64,000 bases of DNA from Gemmatimonadaceae bacterium (GCA_046262875.1 JBHELX010000013.1:17973-81972); one strand, 5' to 3'. Positions 9,326 to 19,000 are shown, counted from the stretch's first letter. Program-made: numbers and translations. Notes: generated by a model from the letters alone, not told the origin.

Positions 9326-10357
9326 ATGCGAAGCCACGAGCTCGATGTCATCTTGACCCGCGGAAGCGCGGTGGAGTCCTACCACCGAGTGCATGCAGCG
9401 GTGGTATCGGATAGCGACAAGCTCCTGGGAGAATCCGGCGATCCTCGCGCCGTAACGTTCTGGCGATCCTGCGCGAAGCCATTCCAGATAATGCCGTTCA
9501 TCGCGAGCGGCGGATTCGATTCTGTCGGGTGGGGGGAAGAAGAGCTGGCGATTGCGTGCGGCTCCCATGGTGGCGAGCCGGAGCATGTGGCACTCATCGC
9601 GAAAATGCTCGATGACCTGGGATTGGAAGAGGGTGATCTGGCATGCGGTCCTCAAGATCCTCTCTCTACGCGGGGCTCAAAAATTCTTCGCGAGTCGGGA
9701 CACCGGCCAACTCGCACTCATAACAACTGCTCCGGCAAGCACACTGCGATGCTCGGCTTCGCTCAAACACAGGGCTGGCCAATCGAAGGATACGAGAGAA
9801 TCGAGCACCCGGTGCAGCAGGCGATTCTCAATCACATCGCGCTATGGGCCGATATGCGGACATCTCAGCTCGAGCTCGCGATCGATGGTTGCGGTGTAGT
9901 GGTCTTCGGATTGCCACTCGATCGCATGGCGCGCGCATTCGCTCGACTCGGATGCGCAACGCGTCGCGGTGAGGAGATAGCGTGCAGAGTAGCGCGTGCA
10001 ATGGTGACGCATCCATTTCTCGTCGGCGGAACGGACCGATTCGATTCGGTTCTGATGGAGGAAACCGGCGGACGGGTCCTCTCAAAGGTCGGCGCTGAGG
10101 GCGTTCACTCGGCGGTTGTGCTCGATCGCGCGATTGGAATCGCCCTCAAGGTCGAAGATGGTAACAGCAGGGCGCAGTATCCCGCGCTGCTTTATCTGTT
10201 ACAGGAGTTGGATGCACTGCCTGATCCGCTTCCTCAACGGCTTGCCGAGATTCTGCGGAAGCCATTGAGAAACAGTCGGGGCGAGATCATCGGGGAGATG
10301 ACAGTTGTCGGCCGGTCCGGCTTGCGACGCAACGCACCTGCTCTCGCGTCAATCTGA
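9326..10357 (+). CDS. L-asparaginase II (Rhizobium-type/class 3)
   Basis: RSCAKPFQ, CGSHGGE, HNNCSGKH, KVGAEGV motifs. Confidence 0.85.
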   Translation: MRSHELDVILTRGSAVESYHRVHAAVVSDSDKLLGESGDPRAVTFWRSCAKPFQIMPFIASGGFDSVGWGEEELAIACGSHGGEPEHVALIAKMLDDLGLEEGDLACGPQDPLSTRGSKILRESGHRPTRTHNNCSGKHTAMLGFAQTQGWPIEGYERIEHPVQQAILNHIALWADMRTSQLELAIDGCGVVVFGLPLDRMARAFARLGCATRRGEEIACRVARAMVTHPFLVGGTDRFDSVLMEETGGRVLSKVGAEGVHSAVVLDRAIGIALKVEDGNSRAQYPALLYLLQELDALPDPLPQRLAEILRKPLRNSRGEIIGEMTVVGRSGLRRNAPALASI

Positions 10358-10403
10358 TTCTACGTGCGAAGCGCTGATTAGGCGCTGGCACAATTAAACC
10401 GTT

Positions 10404-11063
10404 ATGAATCCATCAATCGACGAAGAAACGCGCCTTCTAGTGAGGTTCGCTGCGGTCGTCGCCGGCGGTAGCGAAGTCGCTACCCGAGTGGTGATTGAGG
10501 AGCTCATTGGAAACGTGCGGCCAGACCTGGTAGACGAGGTGATTTTGCAATCGTATCTGTTCGCGGGATTTCCGCGCACACTCAATGCTGCGCGCATGTG
10601 GCGCTCTATGTCGGGTCTTGCCGCACCGAGGTCGGACGACGCCGCGTCCTCTGCGCATGTCGCCGAATGGGAGGCGCGCGGCGAGCAAACCTGCGGGATC
10701 GTCTATGGCGATTCCTACGAGATGCTGCGCCGCAATGTTCGCGAGCTCCATCCGGCGCTCGACGCATGGATGATCACCGACGGCTACGGCAAAGTTCTTT
10801 CGCGGCCTGCTCTCGATTTGAAGCGCCGCGAGCTCTGCATCGTCGCTGCGTGTGCGGCGGCGGGACAGCAGCGGCAGCTCCACTCGCATCTTCACGGCGC
10901 CTTGAATAGCGGAGCGCTCCCCGACGAAGTGCATGCCGCGCTCGACGCGCTCGCGGACCTTGTGCCTCCGACTGAGCTCGGCCGGTATTCCGCCCTTCTC
11001 GATCGTGTCGTTGCAGCGCGCCGTGCGACGCTCGAGCTCAAGTCGCCCACCGATGTTTGTTGA
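10404..11063 (+). CDS. Carboxymuconolactone decarboxylase/AhpD-like family protein
   Basis: LQSYLFAGFPR, YGKVLSRPALDLKRRELC, QLHSHLHGALN. Confidence 0.8.
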   Translation: MNPSIDEETRLLVRFAAVVAGGSEVATRVVIEELIGNVRPDLVDEVILQSYLFAGFPRTLNAARMWRSMSGLAAPRSDDAASSAHVAEWEARGEQTCGIVYGDSYEMLRRNVRELHPALDAWMITDGYGKVLSRPALDLKRRELCIVAACAAAGQQRQLHSHLHGALNSGALPDEVHAALDALADLVPPTELGRYSALLDRVVAARRATLELKSPTDVC

Positions 11064-12072
11064 TCGCGTAATCGTAAACGTCGAAGCAGGAACTGGGGGG
11101 TCGGGTGCGACCTCCTTCCGTCGGGAATTCCGAGTACCGATGGGTGGCCCCGATGGCGGCGACGGTGGGCGAGGCGGGGACATCATCGTGCGCGGCGACT
11201 CGAATCTCGCCACGCTGCTCGACTACACTTACCGCGATCGCTGGGTTGCAGAGCGAGGCGAGCACGGGATGGGCTCGAACAAAAGCGGGCGAGCGGGAGC
11301 CGACGTCGTGCTTCCGGTTCCGACAGGAACAATCGTACGTGATGCGTCAACCGGCGAGATTCTCGCGGAAATTCTCGAAGACGGGCAAGAGGCAGTTGTT
11401 GCGAAAGCCGGTCGTGGTGGGAAAGGGAACAGTTTCTTTGCGACTTCGACGCATCAGGCTCCGCGAGAGTGGCAACCCGGCGAAGAAGGTGAAGTGAAAA
11501 CGTTGGAGCTCGAGCTGAAGCTCATCGCGGACGTAGGCCTGGTCGGACAACCGAATGCCGGAAAGTCCACTCTGCTTTCAGTCATTTCCGCGGCGACTCC
11601 AAAGATTGGCGACTATCCTTTCACGACTCTCCAGCCGAATCTGGGCGTAGTTCAGCTGAGCGATCATCGCACTTTCGTCGTCGCGGACATTCCAGGAATC
11701 ATCGAAGGCGCGCATGAGGGGAAGGGGCTCGGCCTTCAGTTTTTGCGTCACATCGAGCGCACGCGGCTGCTCGCGTTTCTCATTCCGATCGATTCGATGG
11801 ATTGGCAGGAAGAGTACGATCAATTGCGGCGGGAGATTACGGCGTATTCGCCGGAGCTCACAGACCGTCCCCATTGCGTCGTATTCACTAAACTCGACCT
11901 ACTGGGCGAGGATTATGTCCCGTCGATTAGAACCGATGACGCGTTCGGAATTTTTTCTGTTAGCGCGCCGAGCCGGCAGGGACTCGATACGCTGTTGAGG
12001 TTCTGGTGGAGTGAGCTGCTGCGCCTGAGAGAAAACATGAGCTCGACCGGCGCAAGCGCCGATTTGCCATAG
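11053..12072 (+). CDS. obgE: GTPase ObgE
   Basis: MFVDRV start at 11053, glycine-rich Obg fold, GQPNAGKST, YPFTT, DIPG, TKLD. Confidence 0.96.
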   Translation: MFVDRVIVNVEAGTGGSGATSFRREFRVPMGGPDGGDGGRGGDIIVRGDSNLATLLDYTYRDRWVAERGEHGMGSNKSGRAGADVVLPVPTGTIVRDASTGEILAEILEDGQEAVVAKAGRGGKGNSFFATSTHQAPREWQPGEEGEVKTLELELKLIADVGLVGQPNAGKSTLLSVISAATPKIGDYPFTTLQPNLGVVQLSDHRTFVVADIPGIIEGAHEGKGLGLQFLRHIERTRLLAFLIPIDSMDWQEEYDQLRREITAYSPELTDRPHCVVFTKLDLLGEDYVPSIRTDDAFGIFSVSAPSRQGLDTLLRFWWSELLRLRENMSSTGASADLP

Positions 12073-12075
12073 GCT

Positions 12076-12117
12076 TAATGGCCAGCGGCTACGGGCTTGC
12101 GGCTACCAGCCGCCAGC
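12076..12117. repeat. Degenerate heptamer array between obgE and dprA
   Basis: taatggc-cagcggc-tacgggc-ttgcggc-taccagc-cgccagc: 7-nt period ending in GC; begins 4 nt after the obgE stop. Confidence 0.6.
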
Positions 12118-12125
12118 ATGACTCG

Positions 12126-12977
12126 ATGGAGCCCATGATATGGCGTCGCGGCGACGACTCTTATCCTCAGTCGCTCGAGGACTTGGACTGTCCTCCCCCG
12201 CAACTATTTGCTCTTGGCGATCGTTCGATGCTCGAACCGCCCACCGTGTCGATTGTTGGGACGCGCGATGCGACGGGCTACGGCCTGAGAATCACGCGAG
12301 CGATCGCCGGAGCGCTCGCTCGCGCTGGAGTGTCGATCGTGAGCGGGATGGCGAGAGGCATCGACGCCGCAGCGCATCGTGCTGCCCTCGAAGCTGGCGG
12401 GCGAACCGTCGCGGTAATGGGTACAGGGGTTGATGTCCCATACCCGGTCGCGCATCGGGAGCTCCACCGGCTGATCTCCGAGAAAGGCCTGGTGATCTCC
12501 GAGAATGGAATGGGCGCACGGGCGCACAAAGGAGCATTTCCGAAACGGAATCGCATCATTGCTGCGCTCGCAAAAGTGACAATCGTGATCGAAGGCGCGG
12601 AAACGAGTGGGGCTCTGAACACGGCCGATTGGGCCGGCGACCTCAGGCGCACTGTGGCTGCTGTGCCAGGTCCGATCGATTCGCCTCAGAGCGCAGGTAC
12701 GAATCTTCTCATTCGCACAAAGAGTGCGACGATGCTGTCGGCGGTCGACGAAGCGCTTGCACTCGTGGGTGTTGACGCACCTCGTCGCGCGCCGGAGCCT
12801 CAGCTCGATGAAACGGAGCGTGCTATCTGGAACGCGCTCGGCGACGGTGGTCTCGATGTCGACGCACTTTGCACGCGATCCAATCTCCCCGCTCGCGAGT
12901 GCTTGGCGGCAATTACGTCACTCGAGTTGCATGGGATGGTCGAGTGTCTATTGACTGGCGAGGTCCGCCGCCGTTAG
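12126..12977 (+). CDS. dprA: DNA-processing protein DprA (Rossmann fold + C-terminal winged helix, apparently no N-terminal SAM)
   Basis: YPQSL..PP.LF, SIVGTR, IVSGMARGIDAAAH, FPKRNRIIAAL, SGALNTA, AVPGPI. Start uncertain (12078/12126/12135). Confidence 0.9.
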   Translation: MEPMIWRRGDDSYPQSLEDLDCPPPQLFALGDRSMLEPPTVSIVGTRDATGYGLRITRAIAGALARAGVSIVSGMARGIDAAAHRAALEAGGRTVAVMGTGVDVPYPVAHRELHRLISEKGLVISENGMGARAHKGAFPKRNRIIAALAKVTIVIEGAETSGALNTADWAGDLRRTVAAVPGPIDSPQSAGTNLLIRTKSATMLSAVDEALALVGVDAPRRAPEPQLDETERAIWNALGDGGLDVDALCTRSNLPARECLAAITSLELHGMVECLLTGEVRRR

Positions 12978-13015
12978 TCCGACGTCCGCAGTACATCCGG
13001 AGTCCGAAGTCCGCA
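12977..13015. repeat. Heptamer array (GTCCGCA family) at the dprA stop
   Basis: gtccgac-gtccgca-gtac-atccgga-gtccgaa-gtccgca. Confidence 0.8.
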
Positions 13016-13037
13016 GTTGTCGCTGATATATTGAACC

Positions 13038-14141
13038 GTGCCCGCATCTCACCTGTATGTGCACGTGCCATTTTGCGCACGCCGTTGTGTGTACTGCGAT
13101 TTTTCGATCGCGGTACGCTCCACAGTGCCTGTTGCAGACTATCTGGATGGCATCCAACACGAGCTGAGCGGCGCTGACTCGTCGCGCCTTGAGACCGTTT
13201 ATCTCGGCGGCGGCACACCATCGAAGCTCGGCGGGGAAGGGGTTCGGGAATTACTCGATCTCATTCGCGCAAAGTTCGTCCTTCCACTCGACGCAGAAGT
13301 TACGATCGAAGCAAACCCCGAAGATGTGACACCAGCTGTTGTCGCCGCATGGACAGGCGCAGGCATAAACCGTCTGTCACTCGGCGCACAGAGCTTCGAC
13401 GATAACGTCCTCGCGTGGATGCACCGGACTCACGACGCGAAACAAATCGGGGAGTCGGTTCGCATCGCAAAGGAAGGAGGCGTCGACAACATTTCGCTCG
13501 ATCTGATCTTCGCGTTACCACCGGAAATCGACCGAAGTTGGAGCAATGATCTCGATGCCGCGCTCGACCTCGAGCCGCAACACGTGTCGCTCTACGGATT
13601 GACTATCGAAGGCGCGACACCACTGTCCCGGTGGATCGATCAGCATCGTGTCTCCCGGACGGGCGACGACCGTTACGCCGAAGAGTTCCTCCTCGCCCAC
13701 GAGCGGCTGACATCGCGAGGTTTCGAACATTACGAGGTCTCGAATTTCGCTCTATCAGGGAGAGAGTCCCGTCACAATTCCGCGTACTGGACTGCCGAGC
13801 CATATCTCGGAATCGGGCCCGCTGCTCACAGCTTCGATGGAAATTATCGGCGCTGGAATATTCATCCGTACGCGGAATGGCTCCGCCGATTGCGCAACGG
13901 AGAGTCGGTGATCGAAGGTGAAGAGCTTCTCGATGCCCAGAACTCCGCTGTCGAACGGGTGTATCTCGGTTTGAGAACGCGCGAGGGATATCACCTCGGT
14001 GAGGGAGCCTACGAAGAGCGCGCGACTGCCCAGCGATGGGCACGCGCTGGATGGGCGGTGATAGATGGCGATCTCGTGCGTCTCAATCCTGAGGGCTGGT
14101 TGCGACTTGACGCCCTCGCAACCGGGTTGACAGGGTCTTGA
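13038..14141 (+). CDS. hemW: Radical SAM heme chaperone HemW
   Basis: YVHVPFCARRCVYCDF, GGGTPS, EANP, HYEVSNF, SRHNSAYW. Confidence 0.92.
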   Translation: MPASHLYVHVPFCARRCVYCDFSIAVRSTVPVADYLDGIQHELSGADSSRLETVYLGGGTPSKLGGEGVRELLDLIRAKFVLPLDAEVTIEANPEDVTPAVVAAWTGAGINRLSLGAQSFDDNVLAWMHRTHDAKQIGESVRIAKEGGVDNISLDLIFALPPEIDRSWSNDLDAALDLEPQHVSLYGLTIEGATPLSRWIDQHRVSRTGDDRYAEEFLLAHERLTSRGFEHYEVSNFALSGRESRHNSAYWTAEPYLGIGPAAHSFDGNYRRWNIHPYAEWLRRLRNGESVIEGEELLDAQNSAVERVYLGLRTREGYHLGEGAYEERATAQRWARAGWAVIDGDLVRLNPEGWLRLDALATGLTGS

Positions 14142-14154
14142 AGCAATTCTTACG

Positions 14155-15207
14155 TTGGACGCAATGGCTTATCCCGAGCTGAACGACCGCGAGCGACGCG
14201 TGCTCGAGGCCGTCATCCAGTCGTACGTGCAAACCGCTCAGCCCGCGGGCTCCCATGCGATTGCCCGCCGCTTCGGACTGGGCGTGTCCGCGGCGACGAT
14301 TCGCAACACGATGAGCGACCTCGAAGACAAGGGAATGCTGTACCACCCGCATACGTCGGCCGGGAGAGTCCCCACCGATGTCGCCTACCGTGTCTATGTC
14401 GACTCGCTGATCCAGCTTCCCGCGATGTCGAGCAAGGAAAAAAAGCGGCTCACGGCGGAGATCTTCGGCGCCGGATCGGCAGTGGAAGGAATTCTGCTTC
14501 GTGCAGCGCAGAGCCTCGGCGTCATCACGCAGGAGCTTGGCATTGCACTCGGCCCGCGACTCGACAACAGTATTCTCGAGCGACTCGATCTCGTTCGATT
14601 GTCATCCGACCGAATTCTCGTCGCGTTGACGCTGGCCGGCGGCTCGGTGCGCACGATTTTTATCGAAGCCAAAGGCGAAGTTGCCGACGCGGCGCTCGCT
14701 GAAGTAACCCGTGTACTGAATGAAAGACTCTCGGGCTCGACTCTGCGTGAGATTCGAATGAGTCTGATGGAGCGTTTGCGCGACACGGGTCCCACTGCCG
14801 GCGCGGCGGAGCTGTTGAATGTCTTTGTCGAAGAAGGAGAGCAGCTCTTCGAGACCGCGATGCAAGGCGAGACGGATGACGTTCTTCTAGGTCACGCATC
14901 AGTGCTTGCAGAGCAACCCGAGTTTGCGACTGTCAACAACATGCGCCGACTCGTTGCGCTCACCGAAACGCGGCAGGATCTCGCTGCTCTTCTAAGAAAA
15001 AGAAGCGATGTCGGCGGAATTACGATCTCGATCGGCTCTGAGCACAACGATCCCAAGCTCGAGAATTTTACCGTTGTGACTGCGCAGTACCGTGCAGGGG
15101 GCCTGAGTGGCGTAATCGGCGTCATCGGTCCAACACGAATGCCTTACGACAAAGTAATTTCCCTCGTGACGCATACATCGAAACTGATAACAGAGCTACT
15201 GGAGTAG
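14155..15207 (+). CDS. hrcA: Heat-inducible transcription repressor HrcA
   Basis: SAATIRNTMSDLE, HPHTSAGRVPT, GVIGPTRMPY. Confidence 0.95.
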   Translation: MDAMAYPELNDRERRVLEAVIQSYVQTAQPAGSHAIARRFGLGVSAATIRNTMSDLEDKGMLYHPHTSAGRVPTDVAYRVYVDSLIQLPAMSSKEKKRLTAEIFGAGSAVEGILLRAAQSLGVITQELGIALGPRLDNSILERLDLVRLSSDRILVALTLAGGSVRTIFIEAKGEVADAALAEVTRVLNERLSGSTLREIRMSLMERLRDTGPTAGAAELLNVFVEEGEQLFETAMQGETDDVLLGHASVLAEQPEFATVNNMRRLVALTETRQDLAALLRKRSDVGGITISIGSEHNDPKLENFTVVTAQYRAGGLSGVIGVIGPTRMPYDKVISLVTHTSKLITELLE

Positions 15208-15216
15208 CTGCACGAC

Positions 15217-16350
15217 ATGGCTGATTTCTATAACACGCTGGGCGTTGCACGCACCGCGTCCGATGATGAGATAAAGCGCGCCTATCGAAAGCTGGCGATG
15301 CAATTCCATCCGGACCGCAACAACGGCTCGGCTGAGGCGGAAGCAAAGTTCAAAGAGATCACCGAGGCGTACGACGTCCTCCGCGATCCGAACAAGCGCG
15401 CGACCTATGACCGGTTCGGCGAAGCTGGACTGCGAGGCGGCGGCGCAGGCTATCATCACGTCGATCTCGCCGAAGCTCTCAATATTTTCATGCGCGATCT
15501 TGGCGGCTTTGCAGGATTCGGCGATTTGTTCGGAGCAGGAAGCAGCGGGGGTGCGGGGCCGCGAACCGGATCAGACATTCGCATTACGCTTCCGCTGACT
15601 CTCGCTGAAGTTGCGAGCGGGATCGACAGAACCGTGACAGCGAAACTGCTCGTGAGCTGCGATCGATGCGCGGGGAGGGGCGCCGAGCCTGGAAGTGAAA
15701 CCACACGATGCCCGACGTGCGCTGGATCGGGTGAGGTGCGGCGCGCACAACGATCCTTCTTCGGCCAGGTGATCAGCGTCTCGCCCTGCCCGACATGCGC
15801 CGGCGAAGGGACCGTTATCTCATCGCCCTGTCGGAAGTGTCGCGGAGAAGGTCGCGTTCGACAGGACGAAAAGATCGAGATTCACGTCCCTGCCGGTGTC
15901 GCGACTGGTCAGTACATGACGATGCGGGGCGCGGGCAACGTTGGCCCGCGCGGAGGCGGTCGCGGCGACATTCTGATCATATTCGAAGTCGAAGAGGATT
16001 CGCGGTTCGAGCGCGACGGCGAAGATTTGTACTGCGAGGTGCTGGTCACGTATCCGCAACTTGTCTTTGGCGCGGATGTCGAAGTTCCAACTGTGACCGC
16101 AAGTGTCACTCTTCATGTGCCGGCGCGCACCGAGAGCGGCCAGGTTTTCCATCTTCGGGGTCGTGGCCTTCCGCGAGTGAATGCATCCGGTGTCGGCGAT
16201 CTTCACATCCGCCTCCAGCTTCACACTCCGGATACGTTGCTCGAGGAAGAAGAGCGTCTCATCAAGCGACTTGGAGAGCTGCAGGTCGCTCCGCTCGAGC
16301 GGCGTCCAAAAGGGTTCTGGTCGAAGGTCAAAGAGTCACTCGGCGCGTGA
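15217..16350 (+). CDS. dnaJ: Chaperone DnaJ
   Basis: J domain with HPD, G/F-rich region, four CxxCxGxG repeats. Confidence 0.96.
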   Translation: MADFYNTLGVARTASDDEIKRAYRKLAMQFHPDRNNGSAEAEAKFKEITEAYDVLRDPNKRATYDRFGEAGLRGGGAGYHHVDLAEALNIFMRDLGGFAGFGDLFGAGSSGGAGPRTGSDIRITLPLTLAEVASGIDRTVTAKLLVSCDRCAGRGAEPGSETTRCPTCAGSGEVRRAQRSFFGQVISVSPCPTCAGEGTVISSPCRKCRGEGRVRQDEKIEIHVPAGVATGQYMTMRGAGNVGPRGGGRGDILIIFEVEEDSRFERDGEDLYCEVLVTYPQLVFGADVEVPTVTASVTLHVPARTESGQVFHLRGRGLPRVNASGVGDLHIRLQLHTPDTLLEEEERLIKRLGELQVAPLERRPKGFWSKVKESLGA

Positions 16351-17184
16351 TTGACGGCTGACGCCGATAGTTGGCTTGAGATAAGAATCTCGGGAGCCCG
16401 CGAAAGAAATTCCGTTATCGCAGCGCTCATTGCTGCGGGTGCGCAGGCAGTTCAGGAAGTGGGATCGGAACTCATAACATGGGTTGCTGAGAACCGAGCT
16501 GCTGAAGAAGTCCGTACTGCGCTGAGGCGGGCCGACCCGGACGCGGTCGTCTCGATCATCCCTGCTAAAACCCAATCGTGGAATGAATGGCGAGCGCGCG
16601 TTGTTGCTCATCGCCTTGGCGCGCTCACCATTGCTCCGCCTTGGCTGGCGGAGAATCTCGATCCCGGCCACGCGGTAATTATCGATCCTGCCATGGCATT
16701 TGGAACCGGCGAGCATGCGACGACACGCGGAGTAATCCGTTTGATGCAGACGATTCCACTCGACGCGTGCACTGTCGCGGACCTCGGCGCGGGCTCGGCA
16801 ATTCTTTCAATCGCTGCGGCCAAACTTGGTGCGCGAAGTGTCGTTGCAATCGAGATAGATCCTGATGCGACGAGCAACGCCTCTCTGAACATTCGCCAGA
16901 ACGGTGTGGGCGATCGCGTTCATTTCATCGAAGGCGATGCGTCGACGTTGCTTCCCCTAATCGCTCCGGTTGACGTAATTCTTGCGAACATACTTTCGTC
17001 GGTGCTCGTGGATCTGCTTCCGGTGATGCGAGATTCGCTTGCACTCGACGGACACGCCATTCTTTCCGGAATCCTGCGCGAAGAGCGCGCGATGATGCTC
17101 GACGCAATCGACCTGAAAGGTTGGAGATTACTGAGAGAGGATACCGAGGATGAATGGTGGAGCGGCCTGACCGCGCGCGCGTAG
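16351..17184 (+). CDS. prmA: Ribosomal protein L11 methyltransferase
   Basis: DPAMAFGTGEHATT, DLGAGSAILS, ANIL; follows dnaJ. Confidence 0.92.
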   Translation: MTADADSWLEIRISGARERNSVIAALIAAGAQAVQEVGSELITWVAENRAAEEVRTALRRADPDAVVSIIPAKTQSWNEWRARVVAHRLGALTIAPPWLAENLDPGHAVIIDPAMAFGTGEHATTRGVIRLMQTIPLDACTVADLGAGSAILSIAAAKLGARSVVAIEIDPDATSNASLNIRQNGVGDRVHFIEGDASTLLPLIAPVDVILANILSSVLVDLLPVMRDSLALDGHAILSGILREERAMMLDAIDLKGWRLLREDTEDEWWSGLTARA

Positions 17185-17915
17185 CAGCAAGTTTTTTTTG
17201 CGCCGACAAATATTTTGCGGGCGGACATATCTCGCTCGCGGATGAGGCCGCGCAGCATGCTCGTGTTTTGCGAATTGGTCCTGGAGAAACCGTTGAGCTA
17301 CGGGATGGAGTCGGCGGTGCGGCGCGAGGAGTCATCGCTCGCATGACAAAGCGATCTCTCACAATCGATGTCGGTGAGACGTGGAGCATCCCGGCTCCTC
17401 AACCGGTTCATTTGCTCGTTCCCGTCGGCGATCGCGAGCGAATGCTGATGCTTGCGGAAAAAATTACGGAGCTCAGCGCGACAAGCTGGAGACCGGTAAT
17501 GTGGCGCCGCTCGAAAAGCGTGGAAGGTAAAGGCGAGGGCCCGACATTCGTTGGAAGAATTCGGTCGCGAATGATTTCAGCGCTGACGCAATCAGGCGGT
17601 GGATGGCTCCCCGAGATCCATCCATCTGCTCCGATTGCGCGCGCAATCGCCGCCGCTCCCGAAGGAAACCGATTGTTGCTCGATGCGACTGGAGAACAAT
17701 CGATGCTCTCGCGGGAGGGGGGATTCCCGCTGGTGATTGCGCTCGGGCCGGAAGGCGGACTAGCGGACGACGAACGTCAGCAGATGATCGACGGTGGATT
17801 TACGCCCGTTCGTCTCGCGCCCGTAGTGCTCCGATTCGAGACTGCGGGAATCGCCGCCATGGCACTGGCGCGTGCAATGAGCGAAAATTTCGAGTCTTCG
17901 AGCGAGAGAGGTTGA
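17154..17915 (+). CDS. rsmE: 16S rRNA m3U1498 methyltransferase RsmE
   Basis: HARVLR, EKITEL, LGPEGG, VLRFETA. Confidence 0.92.
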   Translation: MVERPDRARVAASFFCADKYFAGGHISLADEAAQHARVLRIGPGETVELRDGVGGAARGVIARMTKRSLTIDVGETWSIPAPQPVHLLVPVGDRERMLMLAEKITELSATSWRPVMWRRSKSVEGKGEGPTFVGRIRSRMISALTQSGGGWLPEIHPSAPIARAIAAAPEGNRLLLDATGEQSMLSREGGFPLVIALGPEGGLADDERQQMIDGGFTPVRLAPVVLRFETAGIAAMALARAMSENFESSSERG

Positions 17916-18257
17916 ATGTCAAAGGACTGTCTCTTTTGTCGGATCGCGCAGGGAGAAATCCCGGCTGACATCGTGATGCAGAATGAACACGCAGTCGCGT
18001 TTCGCGACATCAGCCCGAGAGCGCCAACTCATATCCTCGTGATTCCCAAGAGGCACATCGAGTCATTGGAGCATGCTGATGACTCAATTGATTTGGGAGT
18101 TCTGATGCGGACGGCTGCCGACGTCGCTCGAAAGGAGGGACTCGTTGACTCGGGTTATCGGGTTGTGATCAACACCGGCTCTCACGGCGGGCAAACGGTG
18201 GATCATCTGCATCTTCATGTGCTCGGCGGGCGGCAGATGACGTGGCCGCCTGGATAA
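17916..18257 (+). CDS. hinT: Histidine triad nucleotide-binding protein (HinT)
   Basis: CLFCRI, FRDISPRAPTH, QTVDHLHLHVLGGR. Confidence 0.92.
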   Translation: MSKDCLFCRIAQGEIPADIVMQNEHAVAFRDISPRAPTHILVIPKRHIESLEHADDSIDLGVLMRTAADVARKEGLVDSGYRVVINTGSHGGQTVDHLHLHVLGGRQMTWPPG

Positions 18258-18268
18258 GGGCGCGCGCC

Positions 18269-18297
18269 TTGCTCGTCATTCCTTGGCGGACTAACTT
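18269..18297 (+). promoter_or_regulatory. Putative sigma70 promoter for rpsU-yqeY
   Basis: TTGCTC-17 nt-TAACTT, followed by SD GAAGGGGG before the TTG start. Confidence 0.45.
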
Positions 18298-18348
18298 GCA
18301 AGTCTCTATAAACAGGCGAACAAACGCCACGAAGGGGGGAAGTAGATT

Positions 18349-18537
18349 TTGTCGGAAGTCATAATCCATGACGACGAGAACTTTGAGCGCGCGCTCAAGC
18401 GCTTCAAAAAGAAGTGCGAAAAAGCGGGCATTCTCTCCGATCTGCGCAAGCATCGGCATTACGAGAAGCCGAGCGAGCGGAGGAAGCGAAAGCTGAACAC
18501 CGCGATGCGCAAAAACCGTCGGACACGTCGAGTTTAA
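18349..18537 (+). CDS. rpsU: 30S ribosomal protein S21
   Basis: [28 protein letters not shown]; TTG start. Confidence 0.95.
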   Translation: MSEVIIHDDENFERALKRFKKKCEKAGILSDLRKHRHYEKPSERRKRKLNTAMRKNRRTRRV

Positions 18538-18981
18538 ATGTCCGAGCTGCTGGCGCGTTTGCAGGCTGATCTGAACGCGTCGCGGAAAGCGCAAGACAAG
18601 CCGGCAACACTTCTCCTGGGTACGGTGCTTTCTGATATAAAGAACCGCCGTATCGAGCTGAGACGAGATCCCAACGACGAAGAAGTAGTGGACGTTTTAC
18701 GAAAAGGCATCAAGCGGCGGCGCGAGTCGGTCGAGATGTATGAGAAAGGCGGAAGAACCGATCTCGCAGAGAAGGAGCGCAGCGAGGTCGTTGCACTCGA
18801 GAAATATCTTCCCGCGCAAGTCGATCCGGAGGAGCTGCGGATCGCCGCCAAGGCTGCGATCGCAGGCGGAGCAACCACAATCGGCGAAGTGATGAAAAAA
18901 GTTCTTCCTCAATTCAAGGGACGCGCTGAAGGATCGGCCATTAACGCGATCGCGCGAGAGGAGCTCGGCAAGCAGGGGTGA
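18538..18981 (+). CDS. GatB/YqeY domain protein
   Basis: LSDIKN, IKRRRESVEMYEKGGRTDLAEKE, YLPAQ; rpsU-yqeY synteny. Confidence 0.92.
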   Translation: MSELLARLQADLNASRKAQDKPATLLLGTVLSDIKNRRIELRRDPNDEEVVDVLRKGIKRRRESVEMYEKGGRTDLAEKERSEVVALEKYLPAQVDPEELRIAAKAAIAGGATTIGEVMKKVLPQFKGRAEGSAINAIAREELGKQG

Positions 18982-19000
18982 TCAACTCGAGAAAAGCAGC

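Noticed and set aside
10933-11052. N-terminal extensions given by the ORF track for obgE, xseA (42785), rpsO (44201), pnp (44613), mrdA (51906), MBL (33751) and guaA (61859)
   Set aside because: Conserved N-termini, SD positions or stop-start overlaps point to downstream starts; the extensions overlap upstream genes or repeats.
13016-14154. CIRCE operator near hemW/hrcA
   Set aside because: No TTAGCACTC-N9-GAGTGCTAA-like palindrome found by eye.
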